NCBI GenBank assembly: GCA_964581275.1
Contig: CAZOOE010000002.1
Location: 1-47,594, forward strand
Origin: an uncultured Clostridia bacterium
Lineage (GTDB): Bacteria; Acidobacteriota; Blastocatellia; UBA7656
Length of the DNA: 47,594 nt
Direction of reading: 5' to 3'
Numbering within the stretch: the stretch's first letter is position 1; each line of letters opens with the position of its first letter. Below, in pieces: positions 8,449-17,793 of the stretch. The notes under the pieces are model-generated. The model had not been told where the DNA came from, searched no databases, and worked only from the letters and a program-made list of their open reading frames with translations. The translations under genes were made by a program, and so were the position numbers.

Positions 8449-11002
8449 ATGGTAGCAAACGAAACGGCTATTTCAAGCCAAAGCGTCATTCCCAGACGGA
8501 CCGCTTTTCTCGTTTGTTTGACGCTTCTGCTTCCGTTGCCTCTTCTGGCTGAACGCCCCGACAGGGCTTCGCATAAAGAACCATCCCCGAGACTCACGAC
8601 GGCGACCCCCGAATCAGTCGGCATGTCCAGCGAGCGACTCGGCAAGATCGATGAAGCTGTGCTTGCGTCGATCGAGCGCAAAGAGACGCCGGGCGCGGTC
8701 GTGCTCGTCGCTCGAAAAGGCCGCATCGTTTATAGAAAAGCATTTGGCGATCGCGCTATCGAGCGGAAGCGTGAGGCGATGACGGTTGATACCATCTTCG
8801 ACCTCGCTTCACTGACTAAAGTAGTCGCCACTGCCACGTCGCTGATGATCCTTGTCGAGCGCGGCAAGATCAGTCTTGCCGGATCCTGTCGCGCTCTAAA
8901 TTCCCGAATTCGGAAAGTTCGGCAAAGAGCGAATCACGATCGAGCAGTTGATGACCCATCGCGCGGGATTGCCGCCGGACAACGAGATTTCGGACTACGT
9001 TGGAAAGACGGTGGACCCGCTCCCGATGATCTACGAATTGCGCCCCAGCTACGAGCCGGGCAAGCGATTCATCTACTCAGACGTGGGGTACATCGTTGCC
9101 GCCGAAATAGTCCGTCGAGTGTCTGGCAAACGGATCGACGAGTTCGCCCGCGAGCAGATCTTCTTGCCGCTCGGGATGAACGACACTTGGTTCAACAATT
9201 CAGAGCTTGTGAAGGCTGTTCTTGCTCTCCAAGGTCAATTGGGGAGGTTCGACCTTTCCGATGCGGCCTACGCGTTTATTGGCCGGATCAAGCGAACCGC
9301 CCCAACCGAAAACCGTGAAGGCAGATGGATGCGAGGTGAAGTCCACGACCCGCGAGCTTACGAGATGGGCGGGGTCGCCGGACACGCGGGTCTGTTTTCA
9401 ACGTCCGATGATCTGGCTATCTTCTGCCAGATGATCCTCAACAAAGGTGAGTACAACGGCGTTCGCATTCTTGCGCCCTATACCGTCGAGCGAATGGTGA
9501 GCGCGCAAACCCTTCCGACCTCTCAGATGCGAGGCATCGGCTGGGACGTCAATAGTTCGTACTCCTCGAATCGCGGAGACCTCTTTCCCGTGGGCACGTT
9601 TGGCCACACTGGTTTCACCGGCACCAGCATCTGGCTCGATCCTGCGAGCGAGAGTTTTGTAGTTCTATTGACAAATCGCGTTCACCCGAACGGCAAGGGC
9701 GATGTCACGCGACTACGCTCGTTCGTAGCCTCAATCGTCGCCGGCGCGATTACCGAGCCTCCCCACGCACCGGTGATGTCGCACCTCGATGCGCCTCCGG
9801 CTTATGTCGATGCGCCGCGCGCGGTGATCACACGAGGTGTTCCGTCGGGGCCGCTTCATCCGGTGTTGACGGGACTGGATGTTCTAGAACGCGATGGATT
9901 CAAACAGCTCGAGGGCAGGCGGATCGGTTTGATAACGAATCACACCGGCCGGGATGCAAAAGGCCGTTCGACAGTTGACGTTTTGGCGGGCGCTAAGAAC
10001 CTGAAGCTCGTAGCTCTGTTTTCCCCTGAGCACGGCCTGCGTGGAGCCGAAGACACCACCGTCGGCGACACCCGCGACGAAAAGACCGGGCTGCCGGTCT
10101 ACAGTCTTTATGCGAAAGACCGCCGGCGGCCGGCGCCGGATACGCTGAAAGACATCGACACACTGGTGTTCGACATTCAAGACGTCGGCGCTCGTTTCTA
10201 CACCTACCCGGCGACCTGCGGCTATGCGATGGAAGAGGCCGCGAAGAATAAGATCAAGTTTGTGGTGCTCGATCGTCCGAATCCGATCAACGGCTATGAT
10301 ATCGAGGGACCGGTCGCTGATAGAGATCTCACGGAGCAGCCGTCTTTTTCATTCACTTCCTATCACCCGGTACCGGTGCGCCACGGAATGACGATCGGCG
10401 AGCTTGCGATGCTGTTCAACTCCGAGCGCGAAATCGGCGCCGATTTGACGGTGATCAAGATGGAGGGCTGGCGCCGGGCAGACTACTTCGACGGCACGGC
10501 GCTGACGTGGGTGAATCCGTCGCCGAACATGCGCAGCCTGACTGAAGCCCAACTTTATCCCGGCATCGGGTTGCTCGAGACCACGAACTTGTCAGTCGGG
10601 CGGGGAACGGACACCCCGTTCGAGGTGATCGGTGCGCCTTGGCTGGATGGTCCGCGGCTGGCTGAGGCGCTCAACCGTGCCGGATTGTCAGGAGTCAGGT
10701 TTGTGCCCGTAGGATTCACGCCGAAATCATCAAAGTTTGCGAATGAAGAGTGTGGTGGAGTGAACATCGTGATCACCGATCGGGGAGCTTTCCATCCGGT
10801 CGCAGCTGGCATGGAGATCGCTTATCAGCTGGGCCGGCTCTATCCAGGTACGTGGAAGGTTGACGATTACATTCGCTTGCTGGTCAATCGCGTTACGCTT
10901 GCGGCCCTCAAGGAAGGAAAGACTGCTTCCCAGATATCCGCGACGTGGCAAGAGGGGCTGGCGCAGTTCGCTCGCATCAGGCAGAACTATTTGATCTACT
11001 GA
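8449..11002 (+). pseudogene. Disrupted fusion gene: beta-lactamase-family serine hydrolase domain plus DUF1343 (NamZ-like exo-beta-N-acetylmuramidase) domain. It is broken by a 1-nt frameshift (~8879) and an in-frame TAA (8897..8899).
   Basis: Frame 1 gives a signal peptide and the SxxK motif (FDLASLTKVVATATSLMILVERGKISLA), then degenerates. Frame 2 continues the family sequence as DPVAL*IPEFGKFGKERITIEQLMTHRAGLP...YSDVGY...GHTGFTG, followed by the DUF1343 region (GLITNHTGRD...LFSPEHG...FDIQDVGARFYTY...LDRPNPING). Confidence 0.7.
8948..11002 (+). CDS. Intact downstream ORF of the split gene: C-terminal two-thirds of the beta-lactamase-like domain plus a complete DUF1343/NamZ-like domain
   Basis: A 684-codon open frame with TTG/ATG at 8948/8951. 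It would lack the signal peptide and the SxxK nucleophile if expressed alone. Confidence 0.6.
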   Translation: MMTHRAGLPPDNEISDYVGKTVDPLPMIYELRPSYEPGKRFIYSDVGYIVAAEIVRRVSGKRIDEFAREQIFLPLGMNDTWFNNSELVKAVLALQGQLGRFDLSDAAYAFIGRIKRTAPTENREGRWMRGEVHDPRAYEMGGVAGHAGLFSTSDDLAIFCQMILNKGEYNGVRILAPYTVERMVSAQTLPTSQMRGIGWDVNSSYSSNRGDLFPVGTFGHTGFTGTSIWLDPASESFVVLLTNRVHPNGKGDVTRLRSFVASIVAGAITEPPHAPVMSHLDAPPAYVDAPRAVITRGVPSGPLHPVLTGLDVLERDGFKQLEGRRIGLITNHTGRDAKGRSTVDVLAGAKNLKLVALFSPEHGLRGAEDTTVGDTRDEKTGLPVYSLYAKDRRRPAPDTLKDIDTLVFDIQDVGARFYTYPATCGYAMEEAAKNKIKFVVLDRPNPINGYDIEGPVADRDLTEQPSFSFTSYHPVPVRHGMTIGELAMLFNSEREIGADLTVIKMEGWRRADYFDGTALTWVNPSPNMRSLTEAQLYPGIGLLETTNLSVGRGTDTPFEVIGAPWLDGPRLAEALNRAGLSGVRFVPVGFTPKSSKFANEECGGVNIVITDRGAFHPVAAGMEIAYQLGRLYPGTWKVDDYIRLLVNRVTLAALKEGKTASQISATWQEGLAQFARIRQNYLIY

Positions 11003-11233
11003 AGCGCTCGGTTGGCAGTTATAAGAGTCTTCGATGAGCATGTCTCGCCAGACTGGCGGGAGTCGAAACAACTTGACGCCAAGGGTGAGATGAGAGTATT
11101 AAGCACCCACTTGAAGCCTAAGAGTTTTGACTCCCGCGAGTTTGAAAAACAGGTGTTTTGACATAATCGGCACGGAAGAGTCGGATCTTTCATCGCTCTT
11201 TCAAATGACCGAAATAGGACTGGAGGAAGACCA

Positions 11234-14200
11234 ATGACGATAAGAGTCATCAAGCTACTTCGTCTGGTGATGTTGCTGCTGATATTGGGCGGCGCCTCTC
11301 TTGCAGCATCGGCGCAGGACGTCACCGCTAGCATAACAGGGTTTGTCACTGATACTGCTGGAGCCGTAGTGACTCACGCAGCAGTGACGGTCACAAACAG
11401 TGCTACAGGTGAGCAGCGAAAGGCAACCACCGATGATAACGGTCAGTACACCATCGCGTCGCTCTCTATTGGCACCTACACCGTGGTTGTCGAGCAGACG
11501 GGCTTCAAAAAGTACATCCAAGAAAACATAGTACTGCACGTCAATGACAAGACGCCGGTAAATGTCCAGCTCGAGGCGGGGAGCGTCCAAGAAACGGTGA
11601 TGGTGTCCGCGGGAAGCTCTCTGGTTAAGACAGAGACGCACACAGTTGAAGGACTGCTTACCGGCGAGATGATACGCGAGCTACCGCTGAACAACCGGAA
11701 CTTTGCGCAGCTCACTCAGGGTGTGCCGGGTGTTTCGTCCACTCAGGGAAGCACGGTAAACTTCGGCGGATTGTCGACCGTTGCAATCTCGATCAATGGC
11801 AGCCGGACAACCGCAATCAACTGGAGCATAGATGGATCACGCAATGTAGACACCGGTTCCAATGCCACTCTGTTCAACTATCCGAGCGTGGACGCCATTG
11901 CGGAATTCAAAATCCTGACTAACTCCTACGACGCGCAGTTTGGGCGTAACGCAGGCGGGGTGGTCAATGTCGTGACCAGAAGCGGGGGCAAGGCCTTCCA
12001 CGGAGGGCTCTATGAGTTCGTGCGCAACGACGTACTCCAGGCGCGTAACCCATTCCAAACGACACCGCTCAGGGGCCTGAGCCCAAATGACTGCTTCACC
12101 GAGGCTCACCCTGAGAACGACGATCGATGCAAATACAAAGGTCCTCTGCGCTACAATAACTTCGGCTACAACGTAGGCGGCCCGGTGTGGATACCTGGGA
12201 TCTACAGCAGAGGCCACGACAAAACCTTCTTCTTCTTCTCCGAAGAATTCCGCCGGCAGCGAGGAGTTAGCGTTCTCTCCGGTCTGTATCCGACCGACGC
12301 ACAGCGCAGGGGCATATTCACCACTCCAATAAAGGATCCGACGACCGGGCTGAATTTCACCAACAACACGATCCCCGACAATCGCATCGATGCGAATGCA
12401 AAAGCGATAATCGCAAACTTTATGCCGCTGCCCAACTCGCCCAGTGAGGGTCCGAACAACTTCAGGACCGTCGCATCAAGCCCGGCGGATTTTCGTCAGG
12501 AACTGCTCCGAGTTGATCACAATTTCAACGATAACTGGAGAATCTGGGGTCGCTATGTTCATGACGTTACCACAACCGTGGAGCCGGGCGGACTGTTTAA
12601 CGGGCTGATCTTCCCCGGCGTGGCGACTACCGCTACCACTTCACCCGCTGACAACGTGGTCGTCAGGCTCACGACCGTGCTTTCGCCAACGCTACTCAAC
12701 GAAGTTGGATATGATTACGCACGCAATGCAATCACAAGCGTTCTGACCGGCAACGCGCTCCGGTCAAATTTCCCGGACATCAAGATTCCCGAGATCTTTG
12801 ACGGAAGCCCAAGTGGCGGGTTACCAGCCGTCGCCATCACCGGATTCAGCAGCCCGCTCGGAGTTCTGGCGCCCTTCCAGAACGACAACCCGAGTCACAC
12901 AATTTCTGACAACCTGACCTGGAGCCGAGGTGCCCACACGCTCAGGGTAGGCGGCCTGATTTCGTTTGAAGCAAAGAACGAGAACTCGCAGGGAGCGTCC
13001 ACACCCGGCAGCTTCTCTTTCACCGGCAACACTACCGGCAATGCTGTGGCGGACTTCTTACTGGGCCGCGCCAGGAGCTACACCGAAGACCAGACGGATG
13101 TCACTGTGCACGAGCGGTACAGGGCCTTTGAATGGTACGCACAGGACACCTGGAAGGTGAGGCGAAACCTAACGATCGACCTCGGAGTGAGGCATTCAAT
13201 CTTCGGCAACCCCTACGACAAGAACAATATTTTGATTTCTTTCCTGCCTCAACTGTTTGATCCGGCCAAGGCGGTGACGCTTAATCCGGCGGCGGGCGCT
13301 CTGAACGGCACGATCATCCCCGGTAGCGGTGATCGGTTCAATGGGATCATCTTCGCGCGTGATAACTCTCCCTATGGCAAGTACGTGCAGAGCAGCACAT
13401 ACAACACTATAGGACCGCGCATTGGGTTTGCGTGGGATCCGTTTAATGATTCAAAGATGGCAGTGCGCGGAGGCTTCGGGGTCTACTACGACCGCAGCCT
13501 GATAGGCATTGTCGAGCAAAATGGATTTGCCGATCCGAAGGCGAACCAGAGGGTGAGCATCGATAACACCTTCTTGAGCAATCCTACCGGAGGCGCGCCC
13601 AACACGTCGATCTTCCCGCTTGGGCTTACTGCGACTGGCGATCCCTTCAAGATACCGACTACGATTCAATGGTCGCTCGGAGTCCAGCGCCAGCTGACTA
13701 AGGATACTGTGTTCGAGCTCACCTACGCAGGCTCTCACGGTTATCACCTGTTGCATCAATTCCAATTGAACCAGCCGCGTCCGCTGGTTGCTGCCCAAAA
13801 GGGGGGTGTGGGTCTGAATTTCGTCAGGCCGTTTGTCGGCTTTGCCGGCATCAACGTGCGAGAAACGACTGCCAACTCGAGCTACAACTCGTTCCAGGCA
13901 TCGTTCCGTAAGCGTTTGAATCATGGACTGCTGTTCAACGGTTCATACACCTTCGCCAAGACTCTGACGGATTCTTCAGATGACCGGGGCAACACGCCTC
14001 AAAACAGGCTCGACTACAGAAGCGAGCGTGGCCCGGCGGCCTTCCAGCGTGCTCATGTGGTGAATCTGAGCTACCTATGGGAGGTTCCTTTCCCGAAGGA
14101 TGCCCCTGCTCACCTGAACGCCGTTCTTGGAGGCTGGCAAATCGCCGGCGCGACCTTCTTCTGGAGTGGCCTCCCGCTAACCGTGACCCAGGGCGGAGAC

Positions 14201-14584
14201 TTGCTTGGAACAGGCGGCAACACCAGACCCAACTTGATCGCTAATCCGGACGGTCCGGAGACGATAGCCCAGTGGTTCAACACCGCGGCATTCGCGGCCG
14301 CCACCACCAATTTCGGCACCGCCGGGCGAGGAATCATCATCGGACCTGGAGTTCACAACTGGGATATTTCACTGGTCAAGAACTTCCGCTGGCGCGAGAA
14401 TCTGAGGTTGAGATTCAGCACAGACTTCGTCAATGCATTTAACCACTCGAACCCGGGCAACCCGAATGTGGCGCCTACCTATGACGCCGCCACGCTCAAA
14501 CAGACGAACACCAACTTTGGAAAAATCACTGCCTTGAGCCGCGACCCGCGAATCATCCAGTTCGGGCTCAAGTTCAATTTCTAA
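11234..14584 (+). CDS. TonB-dependent receptor with N-terminal carboxypeptidase-regulatory-like domain
   Basis: Signal peptide is followed by ITGFVTDTAGAVVTHAAVTVTNSATGEQRKATTDDNGQYTIASLSIGTYTVVVEQTGF (CarboxypepD_reg-like). A plug-like region (ELPLNNRNFAQLTQGVPGV) comes next, then a long beta-barrel ending in the aromatic terminus FGLKFNF. An RBS (ggagga) lies upstream. Confidence 0.9.
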   Translation: MTIRVIKLLRLVMLLLILGGASLAASAQDVTASITGFVTDTAGAVVTHAAVTVTNSATGEQRKATTDDNGQYTIASLSIGTYTVVVEQTGFKKYIQENIVLHVNDKTPVNVQLEAGSVQETVMVSAGSSLVKTETHTVEGLLTGEMIRELPLNNRNFAQLTQGVPGVSSTQGSTVNFGGLSTVAISINGSRTTAINWSIDGSRNVDTGSNATLFNYPSVDAIAEFKILTNSYDAQFGRNAGGVVNVVTRSGGKAFHGGLYEFVRNDVLQARNPFQTTPLRGLSPNDCFTEAHPENDDRCKYKGPLRYNNFGYNVGGPVWIPGIYSRGHDKTFFFFSEEFRRQRGVSVLSGLYPTDAQRRGIFTTPIKDPTTGLNFTNNTIPDNRIDANAKAIIANFMPLPNSPSEGPNNFRTVASSPADFRQELLRVDHNFNDNWRIWGRYVHDVTTTVEPGGLFNGLIFPGVATTATTSPADNVVVRLTTVLSPTLLNEVGYDYARNAITSVLTGNALRSNFPDIKIPEIFDGSPSGGLPAVAITGFSSPLGVLAPFQNDNPSHTISDNLTWSRGAHTLRVGGLISFEAKNENSQGASTPGSFSFTGNTTGNAVADFLLGRARSYTEDQTDVTVHERYRAFEWYAQDTWKVRRNLTIDLGVRHSIFGNPYDKNNILISFLPQLFDPAKAVTLNPAAGALNGTIIPGSGDRFNGIIFARDNSPYGKYVQSSTYNTIGPRIGFAWDPFNDSKMAVRGGFGVYYDRSLIGIVEQNGFADPKANQRVSIDNTFLSNPTGGAPNTSIFPLGLTATGDPFKIPTTIQWSLGVQRQLTKDTVFELTYAGSHGYHLLHQFQLNQPRPLVAAQKGGVGLNFVRPFVGFAGINVRETTANSSYNSFQASFRKRLNHGLLFNGSYTFAKTLTDSSDDRGNTPQNRLDYRSERGPAAFQRAHVVNLSYLWEVPFPKDAPAHLNAVLGGWQIAGATFFWSGLPLTVTQGGDLLGTGGNTRPNLIANPDGPETIAQWFNTAAFAAATTNFGTAGRGIIIGPGVHNWDISLVKNFRWRENLRLRFSTDFVNAFNHSNPGNPNVAPTYDAATLKQTNTNFGKITALSRDPRIIQFGLKFNF

Positions 14585-14606
14585 CCAAGTGCTTCAATTG
14601 ATGCAG

Positions 14607-14646
14607 AAACTCGGATCGTTCACAAAAGGGCGGTCCGAGTTTTTTT
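14607..14646 (+). terminator. Rho-independent terminator after the TonB-dependent receptor
   Basis: A 9-bp stem (aaactcgga / tccgagttt) with an 18-nt loop is followed by a run of T to 14646. Confidence 0.65.
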
Positions 14647-14672
14647 GTAAAGTGACACACGGCGGTCTTCTC

Positions 14673-16364
14673 ATGAGAGTAGTGTTTGTCTTGGTCACGG
14701 CATGCGTCCTTGTGTTGTCTCATATCGCCAGTTCCGGAGTGGATACGCGCTTCCATTTTGTTGATGCAACGACTGAGTCGGGGCTCGCCTCGTTTCACCA
14801 TCAGAGCGGCAACCCTCGCGAGAAACGTTACATACTCGAGGTAATGTCGGGAGGAGTGGCAATATTCGATTATGACAATGACGGACTTCCGGATATTTAC
14901 TTAGTCAATGGTTCTACCCTTGACGTACTGCGCGGAAAAGTTAAGCCGGATCTGAATGCGCAGTCCCGGCTCTATCACAATCTAGGCAATGGGAAATTCG
15001 AAGATGTTACAGATCGAGCAAGGGTCGGCAACATTGGGAATTGGGGTATGGGAGCCTGCGCAGCCGACTACGACAACGACGGTCGCACGGACCTGTTCGT
15101 GACCAATGCCTTCAGCCGCAATGTGCTTTACCACAACAACGGCGATGGAACGTTCACCGATGTGACCGCGAAGACTGCAATCGGAGGTGACCCCAGCCGT
15201 TGGAGCACGGGTTGTGCCTGGGCCGACTATGACAACGATGGCTATGTTGACTTGTTCGTTGCAGGCTATGTTGATCTCGACTTGAACAACCTGCCCGATC
15301 CGGGGACCAACAAGTTCTGTCGCTACCGCGGGCTGCCGGTCAATTGCGGGCCGCGCGGGCTCAAAGGCGCACGCGATTACCTCTACCACAATAACGGCGA
15401 TGGATCGTTTACTGAAGTGGGGGCGAAGGCCGGCGTGGATGACAAGGTCGGCTACTACGGTCTCGGTTGCGTTTGGTCCGATTTCGATAATGATGGGCTA
15501 ATTGATCTGTACGTAGCGAACGATTCGACGCCGAACTATCTCTATCACAACAATGGCAACGGGACCTTCAAAGAAATCGGTTTTGACGCTGGAGCAGCGG
15601 TCAGTGAGGACGGTCGGGAGCAAGCTTCGATGGGAGTTGATGCGGCAGACTACGACGGCGATGGCTACTTCGACATATTCACTACCAATTTTGTTGACGA
15701 CTACAGCACGCTCTATCACAACGAGGCGGGAAAGGAATTCACCGACGCGAGCAATCCGGCAGGACTCGCGGCGCCCGGATGGAACTTCCTGAAGTGGGGG
15801 ACAGGCTTTGTGGATTTCGACAATGACGGGCGTCTGGATATCTTCGTAGCTAATGGACATATCTACCCGGAAGTTGAGGGAAAGGGATTCGGGCAAACCT
15901 TTGGCCAGCGCAACCAGCTCTTTGAAAATATAGGAGAGGGTCGGTTCAGCGAAGTGAGCGAAGAAACACTAAACAAGATTCTGAAGGTCAGCCGTGGCGC
16001 AGCCTTCGCAGACCTTGATGGGGATGGACGCGTGGACGTAGTCATCAACAATCTGGACGATCAGCCAACCGTCTTACTCAATCGCAGCGCAAGCGGAAAC
16101 TGGATAGAGTTAAAACTGGTCGGCCGCACCAGTAATCGCGATGCGATCGGCGCCCGAGTGACGATTACCGCCGGCGGAAAAAGGCAGGTGGCAGAGGTAA
16201 GGGCAGGGCACAGCTATCTCTCCCAGAGCGATCTTAAATTGCACTTCGGGCTTGGAGTGGCAAGGAAGATTGAAGCCATCGAGATTCGGTGGCCTCGCGG
16301 CCGAGCGCAGAAGCTGAGCGATGTGGCACCAAACCAGGTGTTGAGAATAGAAGAGCAAAGGTAA
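14673..16364 (+). CDS. CRTAC1-family protein (FG-GAP/VCBS repeats plus ASPIC/UnbV C-terminal domain)
   Basis: Repeated D.DNDG..D(I/L)(F/Y)V.N motifs occur at least 7 times. The C-terminal region (NRDAIGARVTITAGGKRQVAEVRAGHSYLSQSD) is typical of ASPIC/UnbV. The start was moved to the ATG at 14673 (MRVVFVLVTACVLVL signal) because the track start at 14589 lies inside the upstream terminator. Confidence 0.85.
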   Translation: MRVVFVLVTACVLVLSHIASSGVDTRFHFVDATTESGLASFHHQSGNPREKRYILEVMSGGVAIFDYDNDGLPDIYLVNGSTLDVLRGKVKPDLNAQSRLYHNLGNGKFEDVTDRARVGNIGNWGMGACAADYDNDGRTDLFVTNAFSRNVLYHNNGDGTFTDVTAKTAIGGDPSRWSTGCAWADYDNDGYVDLFVAGYVDLDLNNLPDPGTNKFCRYRGLPVNCGPRGLKGARDYLYHNNGDGSFTEVGAKAGVDDKVGYYGLGCVWSDFDNDGLIDLYVANDSTPNYLYHNNGNGTFKEIGFDAGAAVSEDGREQASMGVDAADYDGDGYFDIFTTNFVDDYSTLYHNEAGKEFTDASNPAGLAAPGWNFLKWGTGFVDFDNDGRLDIFVANGHIYPEVEGKGFGQTFGQRNQLFENIGEGRFSEVSEETLNKILKVSRGAAFADLDGDGRVDVVINNLDDQPTVLLNRSASGNWIELKLVGRTSNRDAIGARVTITAGGKRQVAEVRAGHSYLSQSDLKLHFGLGVARKIEAIEIRWPRGRAQKLSDVAPNQVLRIEEQR

Positions 16365-16450
16365 GTGCGTTGTATTCGGTAAGCACTGCATAAACCGTCG
16401 GTCGAAAGAGCGCTTGCGTTCGCTCGGGACCTCAATGTCTTGGCGACACT

Positions 16451-17722
16451 TCAAGGTTTCTTCTTGCGCTCTTCACCTTGAACTTTTTGCTCCAGGTCTT
16501 CTCGCTCGGCCTTGTTTAGGTCACGAGCCACCATGAATTCGCGTTGAGCGTCGACCTCCCTCTTCAGGCGGCGGTATGCAAGCGCGAGCTGGTAGTGCGC
16601 GCCGGAGGTTTTCGAATTTAGCGCGATGGCTGCGAGCAGTTCATCAACCGCGCGCACTGCCTGTCCTGTTTGAAGTAGCGCCTTGCCCAAGTCGTAGCGC
16701 GCGGCAAAATCCTGTGGCATCGCGCCAACCGCGCGCGCCAGAAGCGGCAGGGCGCTCTTCCAGTCCCCACGAGTCATAGCGATGTTTCCAAGATAGTAAA
16801 CCGAGCGCGCATGATTGGGGTCCCGCACAAGCTCGCGTTGGAATGCAAGTTCTGCCTGGTCGTAGCGACGCAACTTCCACAAGACGTAGCCAAGCGCGAA
16901 ATGCAGCTCGGGTAACGTCGATGAGTCGCTAGCCGAAATTGCCTGGTTGAAATCCCGGATTGCTCCTTCGCTATCGCCGGCGTTGTCACGAGCCTCGCCA
17001 ATCAGCAAGTAAATTTCTGCGCCCGCGGGCAGCAACCGGGCGCGACTTTCGAGCACTCGAACCGCCTCTTCATAGAGGCGCACCTTGAGACAGGCGCGGC
17101 CGACAATTTCGAGCACCGCCGCGTTAGATGACGACGCTCGGAGAACCGCTTCGCCAAAGTCGATCACCTCACTGTAGTGTTCTAGAGCGAACAGGGTTAA
17201 CACCAGCAACTCACCAGCCTGGTTATTCGTCGGATCGATCGCCAGAGCCCGTCGGAGCGGCATCTCAGCCTCACGGAAACGCTTTGCTCGAAAGTATGTG
17301 ATTGCGAGATTGAGTTGCCCGCCGAGCAGCTGTGGCTTGATTTCAGAAGCGCGAGTGAACGCGACGATAGCCTCATTAGCCTTCCCCTGACGATTATAGA
17401 CTATGCCTAGGTTAACCATGGCTTCGGCCCAATCCGGCGCCAGCTTCAACGCTTCGCGGTACTCACGTTCAGCCGCTTGCCAGTCGGCGCGAGCCTCGGC
17501 GGTTTTCGCTTTCTCGAAATGTCGCGCAGCTTCTGTCTCGCCTTGGCCCTGAATCGACGTGGGACCCGAGGCCTGTTTGCGCACAAGCGATCGCGGTTCC
17601 GCACGGGTCGAGGGCAAAAAGAGAAAAAAAAGCAGAGACGCCGTAACGACGCTAGTGCACCGGGCAAGAGGGGTACCGCACCGACCGGCGAACTCATCTG
17701 TTTCGATACAGGAAATAACCAT
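16451..17722 (-). CDS. Secreted tetratricopeptide (TPR) repeat protein
   Basis: A hydrophobic N-terminus is followed by consecutive 34-aa TPR-like units (W..A...Y...L...P....A..NLG..Y...G....A...F..A). Confidence 0.8.
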   Translation of the reverse strand: MVISCIETDEFAGRCGTPLARCTSVVTASLLFFLFLPSTRAEPRSLVRKQASGPTSIQGQGETEAARHFEKAKTAEARADWQAAEREYREALKLAPDWAEAMVNLGIVYNRQGKANEAIVAFTRASEIKPQLLGGQLNLAITYFRAKRFREAEMPLRRALAIDPTNNQAGELLVLTLFALEHYSEVIDFGEAVLRASSSNAAVLEIVGRACLKVRLYEEAVRVLESRARLLPAGAEIYLLIGEARDNAGDSEGAIRDFNQAISASDSSTLPELHFALGYVLWKLRRYDQAELAFQRELVRDPNHARSVYYLGNIAMTRGDWKSALPLLARAVGAMPQDFAARYDLGKALLQTGQAVRAVDELLAAIALNSKTSGAHYQLALAYRRLKREVDAQREFMVARDLNKAEREDLEQKVQGEERKKKP

Positions 17723-17793
17723 CTTCTTTCAGTCGAACGCCCGAAATCTCATGCCGCTACGGATCACCCTCGCGTAACCAATGCCAAGACTAC

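Noticed and set aside
8881-8910. GGATCC and GAATTC sites flanking the stop codon in the split beta-lactamase/NamZ gene, which could hint at a cloning artefact
   Set aside because: Two 6-bp sites in a 47 kb window are expected by chance, and the surrounding sequence is continuous native coding sequence.
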